Part shown: one piece after another, positions 53,905-62,569 of the stretch
Position numbering within the stretch: the stretch's first letter is position 1
How the letters are laid out: each line of letters opens with the position of its first letter
Origin: Alphaproteobacteria bacterium
GTDB taxonomy: Bacteria > Pseudomonadota > Alphaproteobacteria > UBA2966
Reading direction: 5' to 3'
Length of the DNA stretch: 64,000 nucleotides
Assembly (NCBI GenBank): GCA_964291395.2
Contig: OZ219856.1
Location: forward strand, 1,760,001 to 1,824,000
Made by a program: the position numbers and the translations under genes
Notes under the pieces: model-generated
Database searches by the model: none
Seen by the model: only the letters and a program-made list of their open reading frames with translations
Told to the model about the DNA's origin: nothing

Positions 53905-55137
53905 ATGAGTCGAAGCGATCAGGACGGCAACAAGTATCGAGTCATCGATGCCGACGGTCACGCATGGGAGATACCGCTGCGTTCGTGGGACCGCTTCCTA
54001 CCCGAGGAGTTAAGGGGCAAGCTGTTCAACTCCGGCATCGATGCCAACGGCAATCAGAGATTCCTGTTTGACGGCAAGCTATTCATGGCATGTGACACCG
54101 GAAAGATTCCGGACGACGTCATCGTCCAAAACCATCCCCTAACATCGGGGAAAGATTACCAATCCAAGGATGGCTCGGAAGGCCTTCCCGGAATGCCCAC
54201 GGGCACGCGTACGACCTTTGGCAGGGTGCCGAAGGGCCATCCCGAAGATCCAGATTTGCATCTTCAAGATCTCGACGCCGAGGGTATCGACGTCGCTGTG
54301 GTCTTCCCAAGTATGGGGTTGATGCTGCTTTCGACGGACAAGCTCGATCTCGCCATCCCCTGCGTCCGAGCCGAAAATATGTGGCTTGCCGATCATGCAC
54401 AGCCCCACGCCGACCGGATGAAGCCTTGCATAAGTCTTCCGCTAGTGGCGCCGACCTCCGAATGCGTGAACGCGTGCCTCCGTGAACTGGACTACGCAGT
54501 AAATGAGCTTGGGCTGACAACGGTTGTGCATATTCTGCCCTGCGTGGGCCCGAAGGAAAAAGCGAATCTGGATGAGCCCGTGTTCTTTCCCTTATTCGAA
54601 GAAATCGAGCGCATGGGCCTTCCCATCGGCATCCATTGGTCGGCGGGGACTCATCTGCCTGGCATGGAGGATCGGTTCAAGCCAGAGCAGTTTTTCATTT
54701 ATCACACGCTGGGCTTCCCATTCGAAAATATGATCGCGCTGAGCTCGATCGTCTGTGGCGGACTGCTCGAGAAATTTCCAGATCTCAAATGGGCAATTCT
54801 CGAATCAGGTTGTGGGTGGGTGTACTATTTGATGGAGCGATTGGACGAGCACTACGAGCTGCTATCGTATCTCATGCCACAGATGAAGAAGTGGCCGCAC
54901 GACTACATGAAGAGTGGCCTGATCTATTACTCGTGCGATCCCGATGAGCAATCAATACCGTTCTTTCTGGAGATGGTGGGTGACGATTACCTGTTGTACG
55001 CCAGTGACTATCCTCATTGGGATGGCCAATATCCGGGAACAGTGGATACGATCTGCAACAACCCCAAGCTGACACCAACACAGAAGCGCAAGGTGCTGGG
55101 CGAGAACGCCGCCCGGTTCTACGGCTGGGATGCTTGA
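53905..55137 (+). CDS. Amidohydrolase_2 family protein (decarboxylase/hydratase-like)
   Basis: IDADGH, GIDVAVVFPS, LESGCGW, YASDYPHWD, LGENAARFY. Confidence 0.88.
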   Translation: MSRSDQDGNKYRVIDADGHAWEIPLRSWDRFLPEELRGKLFNSGIDANGNQRFLFDGKLFMACDTGKIPDDVIVQNHPLTSGKDYQSKDGSEGLPGMPTGTRTTFGRVPKGHPEDPDLHLQDLDAEGIDVAVVFPSMGLMLLSTDKLDLAIPCVRAENMWLADHAQPHADRMKPCISLPLVAPTSECVNACLRELDYAVNELGLTTVVHILPCVGPKEKANLDEPVFFPLFEEIERMGLPIGIHWSAGTHLPGMEDRFKPEQFFIYHTLGFPFENMIALSSIVCGGLLEKFPDLKWAILESGCGWVYYLMERLDEHYELLSYLMPQMKKWPHDYMKSGLIYYSCDPDEQSIPFFLEMVGDDYLLYASDYPHWDGQYPGTVDTICNNPKLTPTQKRKVLGENAARFYGWDA

Positions 55138-55176
55138 GGGTTGACCGCAGCAGCTCTGTCTCAGGTTGTGAAGGCG

Positions 55177-56154
55177 TCATGTGTTGAGTACTGATTCGTG
55201 AAATAGGTCCTCGACCGGAATGGGTTTTTCGATCAGACCTTGGTCAACCATGTACTCGATAAATATCTCGATATTGCGACGATTCGCTGCCACGCCGGAC
55301 GGAAACAAGTCCGCGCCCAACCTGTCGCGCTGCCATTCGTACTCATTGCGAGCAAACACGAGCAACGAATAACCCGGGTCCTCGTAATATTCCTGAGTCT
55401 TACGCTTCGCTGCTTCCCACAGATCGATCATGACGGCGGCGAGGACGGGCTCGTTCTCCACGAGTTCGCGGCGAAAAACCAATAGGTGCATGATCGGACA
55501 ATAGCCGTATTTGTCGTAGTAACGCAGCGACTCTTGGCGAGAATCGCTGAACAGGCGGCGAACACGATCAGGTCGATCGAGGACGGCTGACGGGGGGTGC
55601 GGATGAAAGATGGCGTCGAGCGACCCATCGACCAGCATTTGCCCGGCGTCTTGACCTTCCGGGATATTCTCGATCGACACTCCCTCACCTTCCCACGGGA
55701 GTTCCTCGTAGTACTGCACACACCAGTTCACATCTTGCCAAGGCAAGTCGTACTCGCTTTTGAGATCGCCTTTTGCCAGAACGCACAGCGTCGTTTGGAA
55801 GGACCAAACACCGACCTTCTTGCCGATCAGGTCCATGGGCTTCTCAATTCCTGAATCAACGTTCACGAATATGCCGTTTTGACTGAAGAGCCGCCTGGGA
55901 AAAACGGGTGTGGCAATGAATTCATCCGACTGGCTCCTCGACATGATGAACGACGAGAGCGATTGCTCGCAGACGTCGAATTCGCGATCGTGGAACATAC
56001 GGCCATGCCGATTGGTGCCGTCCCGTCGGCCCGCGTCGGTTCCCATGCCCACTTCTAGCGGCCGCAGCTCGAAGCCCTCCGGTGGAGTCACAGAATCCAT
56101 ATGGAAGGGAATATGTCGGTCGTACCTTTCGAGCGCGATGGTCAGGCTACGCAT
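55177..56154 (-). CDS. 4,5-dihydroxyphthalate decarboxylase-like protein
   Basis: ERYDRH, EFDVCEQSLSS, PVFPRRLF, PIMHLLV, YMVDQGLI. Confidence 0.75.
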   Translation of the reverse strand: MRSLTIALERYDRHIPFHMDSVTPPEGFELRPLEVGMGTDAGRRDGTNRHGRMFHDREFDVCEQSLSSFIMSRSQSDEFIATPVFPRRLFSQNGIFVNVDSGIEKPMDLIGKKVGVWSFQTTLCVLAKGDLKSEYDLPWQDVNWCVQYYEELPWEGEGVSIENIPEGQDAGQMLVDGSLDAIFHPHPPSAVLDRPDRVRRLFSDSRQESLRYYDKYGYCPIMHLLVFRRELVENEPVLAAVMIDLWEAAKRKTQEYYEDPGYSLLVFARNEYEWQRDRLGADLFPSGVAANRRNIEIFIEYMVDQGLIEKPIPVEDLFHESVLNT

Positions 56155-56279
56155 ATCATCCTCGAAACTTTGTTGATGAACGGGGCGGTGCGTGACGCCA
56201 TTACACCGCACGAGCTAAGGTGGCTGCAGTGGACGTTCTCTGAAAATGTACAATGGGAAATTCCCGGGAGGCGAGTACC

Positions 56280-57326
56280 ATGTTCTTGCGAAACTATTGG
56301 TACGTCGCGGCTTGGTCTAGAGAGATCACCCGCGAGCCATTTGGTCGCATCATTCTTGACAAGCCCGTAGTCATGTTTCGCCGGGAGGACGGAACACCGG
56401 TGGCCTTAGAAGACCGCTGCATTCATCGGCGCCTTCCGTTGTCGATGGGCAAGTTGATCGGAGACAACATCCAATGTCACTACCACGGCCTTGAATTCGA
56501 TGGCTCGGGCATATGCGTCCGAATTCCCGGCCAGGAGAGAATTCCACCCACTGCAAGGGTGAAGAGCTATCCGGTAGTCGACCGCCACACCTGTATCTGG
56601 ATCTGGATGGGCGATCCGGAGAAGGCAGATGAATCGCTGATCACTGACTTCAGTGTGCTAACGCGGGAGGGTTGGACATTCACTGGGGATTACACGCATA
56701 CGCCAGCGAACTATCTGCTCATCGTCGACAATTTGCTGGATCTCTCGCATCTAGCTACGGTCCACAACTCGACGGTCGGAACGCAGCATGTCGCGGACCT
56801 TGCGGAGGTCGAGACCAAGCGCAATGGTAACAATGTGCTCGTCGAACGCTGGACCCTGGACGTGCCTCCAGCCCGCACATACCGTGAGTTTGGCAAATTC
56901 GAAGGCAATGTCGACCGTTGGCAGAAGTCGGAGTTCTCGCCCCCATCATTCTTCCGCATCCACAACGGGGCCGCTTCTACGGGCACCGGGGCGCGCGAGG
57001 GCAAGGGTGGGAATCATTGGAGCTTCAGGGTTTGCCACGGCATCACTCCCGAAACCGAGACAACTACGAATTATTTCTGGGTCGTCGCACACGAGCTCTG
57101 GGTGGACGATGCCGAGGCGATCGCCGAGTTTCACCGTCAGGTCCATCAGGTCATTAGCGAGGATGTAGCCGTGTTCAGCGAACAACAACGGAGCATCAAT
57201 CTCGACCCGTCGGCACCGACGCTAGACATCCGCTATGATGCCGGTCCAAATTTGGCACGGCAGATCGTCGACGATTTGCTCAAGGAAGAGGCAGCACAGA
57301 TGGTGTCTGGCACGCAAGCCGTGTAG
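56280..57326 (+). CDS. Rieske oxygenase (VanA/TsaM-like O-demethylase family)
   Basis: MFLRNYWYVAAW, CIH...CHYH, DNLLDLSHLATVH, ITPETET. Confidence 0.88.
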   Translation: MFLRNYWYVAAWSREITREPFGRIILDKPVVMFRREDGTPVALEDRCIHRRLPLSMGKLIGDNIQCHYHGLEFDGSGICVRIPGQERIPPTARVKSYPVVDRHTCIWIWMGDPEKADESLITDFSVLTREGWTFTGDYTHTPANYLLIVDNLLDLSHLATVHNSTVGTQHVADLAEVETKRNGNNVLVERWTLDVPPARTYREFGKFEGNVDRWQKSEFSPPSFFRIHNGAASTGTGAREGKGGNHWSFRVCHGITPETETTTNYFWVVAHELWVDDAEAIAEFHRQVHQVISEDVAVFSEQQRSINLDPSAPTLDIRYDAGPNLARQIVDDLLKEEAAQMVSGTQAV

Positions 57327-57357
57327 CGACTTTTCGCCGACAGCCGAGCGCAGCCAA

Positions 57358-59319
57358 ATGGTTGAAGTCGTCTGGCATCCCGACGAAGAAGTCGTCGTGA
57401 ACTCCAATCTCGCAAAATTCATGAACGTCCACGGCGTGGACGACTATGCGGCACTGCGGTCGCGGGCTCTGCAGGATCCCGCCTGGTATTGGTCCGCCGT
57501 CATCCAGCATTTCTCCATCGAATTTTACGAACCCTACGACCAGGTGATGGACAATTCAGATGGAAAGGCCCGGACAAAATGGTGTGTAGGCGGCGTCACC
57601 AACTTGGTCCTCAACTGCTTGGACATTCAGGGCGACGAAGATCGGGAAGTCATCGTTTGGGAGGGCGAGACAGGCGAAACGTGTTCTTGGACGGTTCGAG
57701 ACCTACGGAACGAAGTCTCCGACCTTGCCGAAGGATTGCGCTCTCTCGGCGTAGGCAGGGGAGATCGAGTGGGTATCTTCATGCCGATGCTACCCGAAAC
57801 CGCGGTCGCGTTTTTTGCCATCATCAAGATCGGCGCCATCGTCGTTCCGTTGTTCTCTGGCTTCGGTCCCGACGCCATCCGCTCTCGTCTCGTCGACAGC
57901 GGCGCGGTGTCCGTGATCACGGCCGATGGCACGCCTCGGCGGGGCCGCACGATTGCCTTGAAGAGCACGCTGGATAAGGCAATCGCCTCCATCCCTTCGC
58001 TACAGCATGTGATCGTCCTTAAACGTCTCAATATTGGGGTCGCCTGGCATCCGGGTCGCGATCATTGGTGGCACGACATAGCGACGGGTGACCATGGGGA
58101 ATCGCCGACCGAGAGGATGGAAGCCGACGCCCCCTTCATGCTGGCTTACACATCCGGGACGACGGGCAAACCGAAAGGCACCGTTCACACTCATTGCGGC
58201 TTCCTGACGATGATGGCGGCAGATTTCGGGCTCTGCATGGATTTCAAACCCGATGATCGGTTCCTCTGGCTCTCCGATATGGGCTGGTTGGTAGGGCCGA
58301 TCACGGTCGTGGTGTCCACATTCTTGGGCGGAACGGTCATCATGGCGGAGGGTGTCCCCGATTATCCCGATCAAGGCCGGCTGTGGCGATTGATCGAAGA
58401 ACATCGCGTCAGTTACCTCGGTGTCTCGCCGTCACTGGTTCGCGGCATGATGAAATACGGTCTGGAGGGGGTGGGCGAGCGTAAGTTCACCGATTTGCGC
58501 ATCACGGTCTCCGGTGGCGATCCTTGGACGACCGATGCGTGGCTCTGGTTCTTCAACCATATATGCAACCAGCGGGTTCCCATCCTGAACAACAACGGCG
58601 GCACTGAATTCGGCGGACCCGTCATCACGGCCACTGTTCTACATCCGTTGAAACCGAACACGGTGGGCGAACCCATGCCGGGTATCGATGCCGACGTCGT
58701 AGACGAATTCGGCGATCCGGTTGCGCCGGGTGAACTTGGGGAATTCGTCGTGCGGCAGCCGCTGATTGGCATGACCCGGGGCCTGTGGAACGATTTCGAG
58801 CGGTACATGAATACTTATTGGAACGTCATTCCCGGTCTCTGGGTGCACGGTGACTGGGCCTCCATCGACGAGGATGGTCACTGGTTCATCCATGGAAGAT
58901 CCGACGATACCATCAAGCTCTCTGGCAAGCGTACGGGCCCGGCGGAAATCGAGACGCTACTAATCGAGTCGACCAGAGTCATGGACGCCGCCGCCATCGG
59001 CATCCCAGATCCCGTCAAGGGTCAGGCACTAATTTGCGCTTGCGTGCCTGCGACGGATGTGAACCCTGACGGTGAGCTTGCTGAGCAGCTGGCTCGTGCG
59101 GTGGTTGAAGGTCTGGGGCATGCATACCGACCTCAGGAAGTAATCTTCGTCTCTCAGCTGCCGAAGACCCAATCCATGAAGACCATGCGGCGTGTCGTGC
59201 GCGCGGTGTATACGGGTGACGACCCCGGCGATCTCAGTGCACTGGTAAATCCGGATGCCGTTGCGGAGTTGCGGGAACTCCTATCGGAGGTAAGCGCAGA
59301 GCCCAAAACCCGGCCATGA
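57358..59319 (+). CDS. Acyl-CoA synthetase (AMP-forming, Acs-like)
   Basis: YTSGTTGKPKG, GGTE, WVHGD, GRSDDTIK, LPKT. Confidence 0.9.
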   Translation: MVEVVWHPDEEVVVNSNLAKFMNVHGVDDYAALRSRALQDPAWYWSAVIQHFSIEFYEPYDQVMDNSDGKARTKWCVGGVTNLVLNCLDIQGDEDREVIVWEGETGETCSWTVRDLRNEVSDLAEGLRSLGVGRGDRVGIFMPMLPETAVAFFAIIKIGAIVVPLFSGFGPDAIRSRLVDSGAVSVITADGTPRRGRTIALKSTLDKAIASIPSLQHVIVLKRLNIGVAWHPGRDHWWHDIATGDHGESPTERMEADAPFMLAYTSGTTGKPKGTVHTHCGFLTMMAADFGLCMDFKPDDRFLWLSDMGWLVGPITVVVSTFLGGTVIMAEGVPDYPDQGRLWRLIEEHRVSYLGVSPSLVRGMMKYGLEGVGERKFTDLRITVSGGDPWTTDAWLWFFNHICNQRVPILNNNGGTEFGGPVITATVLHPLKPNTVGEPMPGIDADVVDEFGDPVAPGELGEFVVRQPLIGMTRGLWNDFERYMNTYWNVIPGLWVHGDWASIDEDGHWFIHGRSDDTIKLSGKRTGPAEIETLLIESTRVMDAAAIGIPDPVKGQALICACVPATDVNPDGELAEQLARAVVEGLGHAYRPQEVIFVSQLPKTQSMKTMRRVVRAVYTGDDPGDLSALVNPDAVAELRELLSEVSAEPKTRP

Positions 59320-59474
59320 AAGCCTGGGTGCTGCGAGAGACCAGAGGCTTCGACGGTCTCCATCTGGTTGATCTCCCGGAGCCCGAACGGCGACCTAGAG
59401 AACTGCTGGTGCAGGTCACCGCCTCCGCGCTGAACTATCGCGACACACTTCTCCTGAAAGGCGGATACGGGTCT
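59316..59474 (+). pseudogene. 5' part of MDR/zinc-type alcohol dehydrogenase-like gene, interrupted by IS630
   Basis: MKAWVLR...LVQVTASALNYRD..LLKGGYG; continues at 60584. Confidence 0.8.
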
Positions 59475-59565
59475 TAGAGCATTTTCGATCTTATAGAATC
59501 TTTAAAATTTCCAACTGCTTGGATTTGTGATTCAAGATGTGGGCTGGTGAAGGAGGCCAGCCTGC

Positions 59566-59946
59566 ATGACACGATCTCTTTCGCATGATCTACGTCGGCG
59601 GGTGGTGACGGCGGTTGTTGATGGCGGCATGTCTCGCCGGGGCGCGGCAAGGCGTTTCGGCATCGCGCCGTCGACGGCGATCAAGTGGGTCGACGCCTGG
59701 CATCGTACTGGGAGCTATCGTCCGGAGGCGCAAGGCGGCGACAGGCGCTCACAGCGGATCGAGGCCCGTGCCGAGGTGGTGTTCGCACTGGTGGACGAGA
59801 CCCCGGACATGACGCTGGCGGAGATCGCCGCCCACCTGGAAGACGAGCACGGTCTGCAGGTCTCCCAGAGCACCGTGTGGCGCTTCTTTCACCGCCGCGG
59901 CATCACCTTCAAAAACGGCGCACGCCAGCGAGCAGCAGCACCCTGA
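59566..59946 (+). CDS. IS630 transposase ORF A (HTH)
   Basis: [41 protein letters not shown]. Confidence 0.88.
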   Translation: MTRSLSHDLRRRVVTAVVDGGMSRRGAARRFGIAPSTAIKWVDAWHRTGSYRPEAQGGDRRSQRIEARAEVVFALVDETPDMTLAEIAAHLEDEHGLQVSQSTVWRFFHRRGITFKNGARQRAAAP

Positions 59947-59947
59947 C

Positions 59948-60568
59948 GTGCTGCGACGAAGACGCGCCTGGGTCAAAGACCAGCCCGACCTCGAGCCTGA
60001 GAAGCTCATCTTCGTCGATGAGACAGGGGCGTCCACCAAGATGGCGAGGCGCTCGGGTCGGGCGCTGCGTGGGCATCGCTGCAGGGCGCCGGTGCCTCAT
60101 GCCCATGAAGAGATAGTTCTTGCGGCCGAGCGCTGCAGGGCGCCGGTGCCTCATGGGCACTGGAAGACCACAACCTTCGTCGACGCACTGAGGCTGAGCG
60201 GAATGACCGCTCCCATGGTGCTCGACGGCGCCATGCATAACGCCGCTTTCCTCGCCTACGTCGAACAGCTGCTGGTGCCCTCGCTCAAGCCCGGCGACAT
60301 CGTGGTGATGGACAACCTCCCGGCCCACCGTAGCGCCGCCGTGCGCGACGCCATCCGCAAGGCCGGAGCCAAGCTGCGCTTCCTGCCGCCATACTCACCC
60401 GACTTCAACCCGATCGAGATGGCCTTCTCCAAGCTCAAGGCCTATCTCAAGCGCCGCGCCGCTCGCTCCGTCGACGAACTCTGGGACGCCATCGGTGAAG
60501 CCACGGACAACTTCTCGCCAGCCGAGTGCCAAAACTACTTCGCTGCCGCAGGATATGACCGTGTCTGA
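59948..60568 (+). CDS. IS630 transposase ORF B (DDE domain), with 18-aa insertion
   Basis: [33 protein letters not shown]. Confidence 0.88.
   Translation: MLRRRRAWVKDQPDLEPEKLIFVDETGASTKMARRSGRALRGHRCRAPVPHAHEEIVLAAERCRAPVPHGHWKTTTFVDALRLSGMTAPMVLDGAMHNAAFLAYVEQLLVPSLKPGDIVVMDNLPAHRSAAVRDAIRKAGAKLRFLPPYSPDFNPIEMAFSKLKAYLKRRAARSVDELWDAIGEATDNFSPAECQNYFAAAGYDRV
60077..60155 (+). repeat. 25-bp direct repeat flanking a 29-bp insert
   Basis: CGCTGCAGGGCGCCGGTGCCTCATG at 60077-60101 and 60131-60155. Confidence 0.9.
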
Positions 60569-60583
60569 TCGGATAGTGCTCTA

Positions 60584-61015
60584 GCAGAAGAGAGCAAACC
60601 TCATTCCCGGCGGCGATGGGGCGGGCCGAGTCGCGCTTAGCCCCAGGGTAACCCAATTTGCCGTGGAGGATCGTGTCATCGGCAATCTCTATCAGAAGTC
60701 GTCGCGCTTAGCCCCAGGGTAACCCAATTTGCCGTGGAGGATCGTGTCATCGGCAATCTCTATCAGAATTGGGTACCGGGACGGCCGACCGAGGAATTGC
60801 TACGAGTTGTCATTGGCGCGCGTGGTCCTGCACAACGTCCGTTTGGAGAGTGTCACCGTGGGCAACCGCGAGGGTCTGGAAACAATGATTCGCGCCATCG
60901 CCTCCGGTTAGCTCAGGCCGGCGGTGGACCGGGTCTACCCGTTCGAGGAAATCAGGGCGCGTCGAACGCTTAGGCGCGCCGGACCTCTTTGGCAAGGTCT
61001 TGCATCAGCGTCTGA
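60584..61015 (+). pseudogene. 3' remnants of the dehydrogenase gene (duplication, internal deletion, stop, frameshifts)
   Basis: LIPGGDGAG...DRVIGNLYQNW, then C-terminal ESVTVGNREGLETMIRAI*LRPAVDRVYPFEE...FGKV. Confidence 0.75.
60630..60768 (+). repeat. Tandem duplication of 68 bp (period 71)
   Basis: GTCGCGCTTAGCCCC...TCTATCAGAA at 60630-60697 and 60701-60768. Confidence 0.9.
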
Positions 61016-61028
61016 CGCGGGCTGCACT

Positions 61029-62477
61029 CTACTCCGCTGCAAGATCCTCAAGGGCTTCGTGGGCGAAGGCTCCGAGGCGAGCTGGAACATACTGCCCGTC
61101 ACCGTCTCCACCGACGTAGAGCCCGTCCTTGAGGATCACCTTACCGCGCAACATCGTCAGGGCCGGGCGCCCGACCAGTGATTGCCCCATGTAGATCGAG
61201 ATGCGCGGCTCGAAGCCGTGATAGAATTTCTCGTCAACGACGTGTTCAGTAGTGTCGTCAACTATCACGATATCGGCATCAGCCCCTGCTTGGATGGCGC
61301 CTTTTCGCGGATACAGCCCAAACAACCGAGCGGCATTTTCTGAACACAAGCGCGCTACATCCTGAACGCTGATGCGTCCCGTCCGCACGCCGTGGGTCCA
61401 CAACACCGGGAGCCAGTGCTCCTGGACGTTGCTGATGCCTGGCGGGATGTCCCAGATCGTGCCGTGCTTGGGCAGCCCGTGGGTCTTCTCTTCCAAGGAA
61501 TAGCAACAGTGATCGGTTGCGATCGTGTCTATGGTACCGGTGTGGAGTCCGCGCCAGACGGCGTCGATTTCCCTCCGCTCCCTGAGCGGGGGTACGAATT
61601 TGCCCCAGATCCCGACCTCATCGTCCTGGTCATTGCTAACGGTCAGCGTGTGGATGACGGCCTCTGACGCCAACCTTGCCCCTAAATCCTTATATTTGCG
61701 AACGGTCTGCACGCTCTCATTCGTGCTCAGATGAACGAAGTAGAGAGGGCCATTGGTTTCGAGAGCCAATCGTGCGGCCATCTCGATGCGAACTGCCTCC
61801 GTGAAAGGTGGCCGCGCTTCTGCCCAACCCTTCAGGCCATCGTTGCCCTTGGCGCGTTCCCGATCGATAAGCACCGAATAGAGTTCACAATCCTCCGCAT
61901 GGCACATAGCAATCGCCGGGGCGCCCAGATCACGGATACGCTCCAGGGATCGGAACAAATATCCTTCGTTAACGTCGGAGAGGCCTTCCCAATATCCCTC
62001 GCCGTCCTTGAACGCGGTAAAGAAGTGCTTGAATGAGGCGACTCCCCTGTCGAACACTGCCGCCATGTCGTCTTGATGCTCTTCCGTGAAGATGATGAGC
62101 GTGAAAGCGAAATCGATCGGTGAGCGTTCGTTCCCCCAGCCGATCAGCTCCTCGATCACCGGCCGGTAAGAGTCGTTCGACTGCAGCATCGGCAAAACGG
62201 TTGTGACCCCGCCGTATGCGGCGCCGACGGCATCCGCCTTCCAATCGCGCTTGCAGTTCTCGACGAAATTCGGCTGACACATGAGCCCGTAATGGACGTG
62301 CGGATCGACGAGGCCGGGAAGCACGAAGCGGTCCTCGGCGTCGATCACCTCGCGGCTCTCGGGCATGAGGAAGCGCGGCCCTACCAACTCGATGCGGCCA
62401 CCGTCTATGGCGATGCAGCCATACGTGATGTCACGCGGTGTGACGATCTTGGCGTTGATGATGACAGTATCGATCAT
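61029..62477 (-). CDS. Cyclic amidohydrolase (dihydroorotase/allantoinase/hydantoinase family)
   Basis: PGLVDPHVH, GGVTT, SFKHF, CHAED, VHLS, ATDHC, YPRKGAIQAGADAD. Confidence 0.88.
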   Translation of the reverse strand: MIDTVIINAKIVTPRDITYGCIAIDGGRIELVGPRFLMPESREVIDAEDRFVLPGLVDPHVHYGLMCQPNFVENCKRDWKADAVGAAYGGVTTVLPMLQSNDSYRPVIEELIGWGNERSPIDFAFTLIIFTEEHQDDMAAVFDRGVASFKHFFTAFKDGEGYWEGLSDVNEGYLFRSLERIRDLGAPAIAMCHAEDCELYSVLIDRERAKGNDGLKGWAEARPPFTEAVRIEMAARLALETNGPLYFVHLSTNESVQTVRKYKDLGARLASEAVIHTLTVSNDQDDEVGIWGKFVPPLRERREIDAVWRGLHTGTIDTIATDHCCYSLEEKTHGLPKHGTIWDIPPGISNVQEHWLPVLWTHGVRTGRISVQDVARLCSENAARLFGLYPRKGAIQAGADADIVIVDDTTEHVVDEKFYHGFEPRISIYMGQSLVGRPALTMLRGKVILKDGLYVGGDGDGQYVPARLGAFAHEALEDLAAE

Positions 62478-62569
62478 TACCTTTCCTTTTCGTCCGTGAC
62501 TGCCTCGAATAGCACTGGGGCCATGACCGGTGAGCATTCACCGCCTGGCGCACGGTCCCCATTTAGGCG

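Larger units (their letters stand above)
59475..60583 (+). mobile_element. IS630 family insertion sequence
   Basis: Ends TAGAGCATTTTCGATC and GATCGGATAGTGCTCTA (imperfect TIRs with duplicated TA); two-ORF transposase. Confidence 0.93.

Noticed and set aside
59542-59562. Hairpin GGCTGG-N9-CCAGCC around the IS630 Shine-Dalgarno
   Set aside because: Short stem; structures around IS translation starts are commonplace.
60077-60155. CRISPR array call
   Set aside because: Only two repeats, the repeat is native transposase coding sequence, and no leader or cas genes are present; kept as a finding, not a CRISPR feature.
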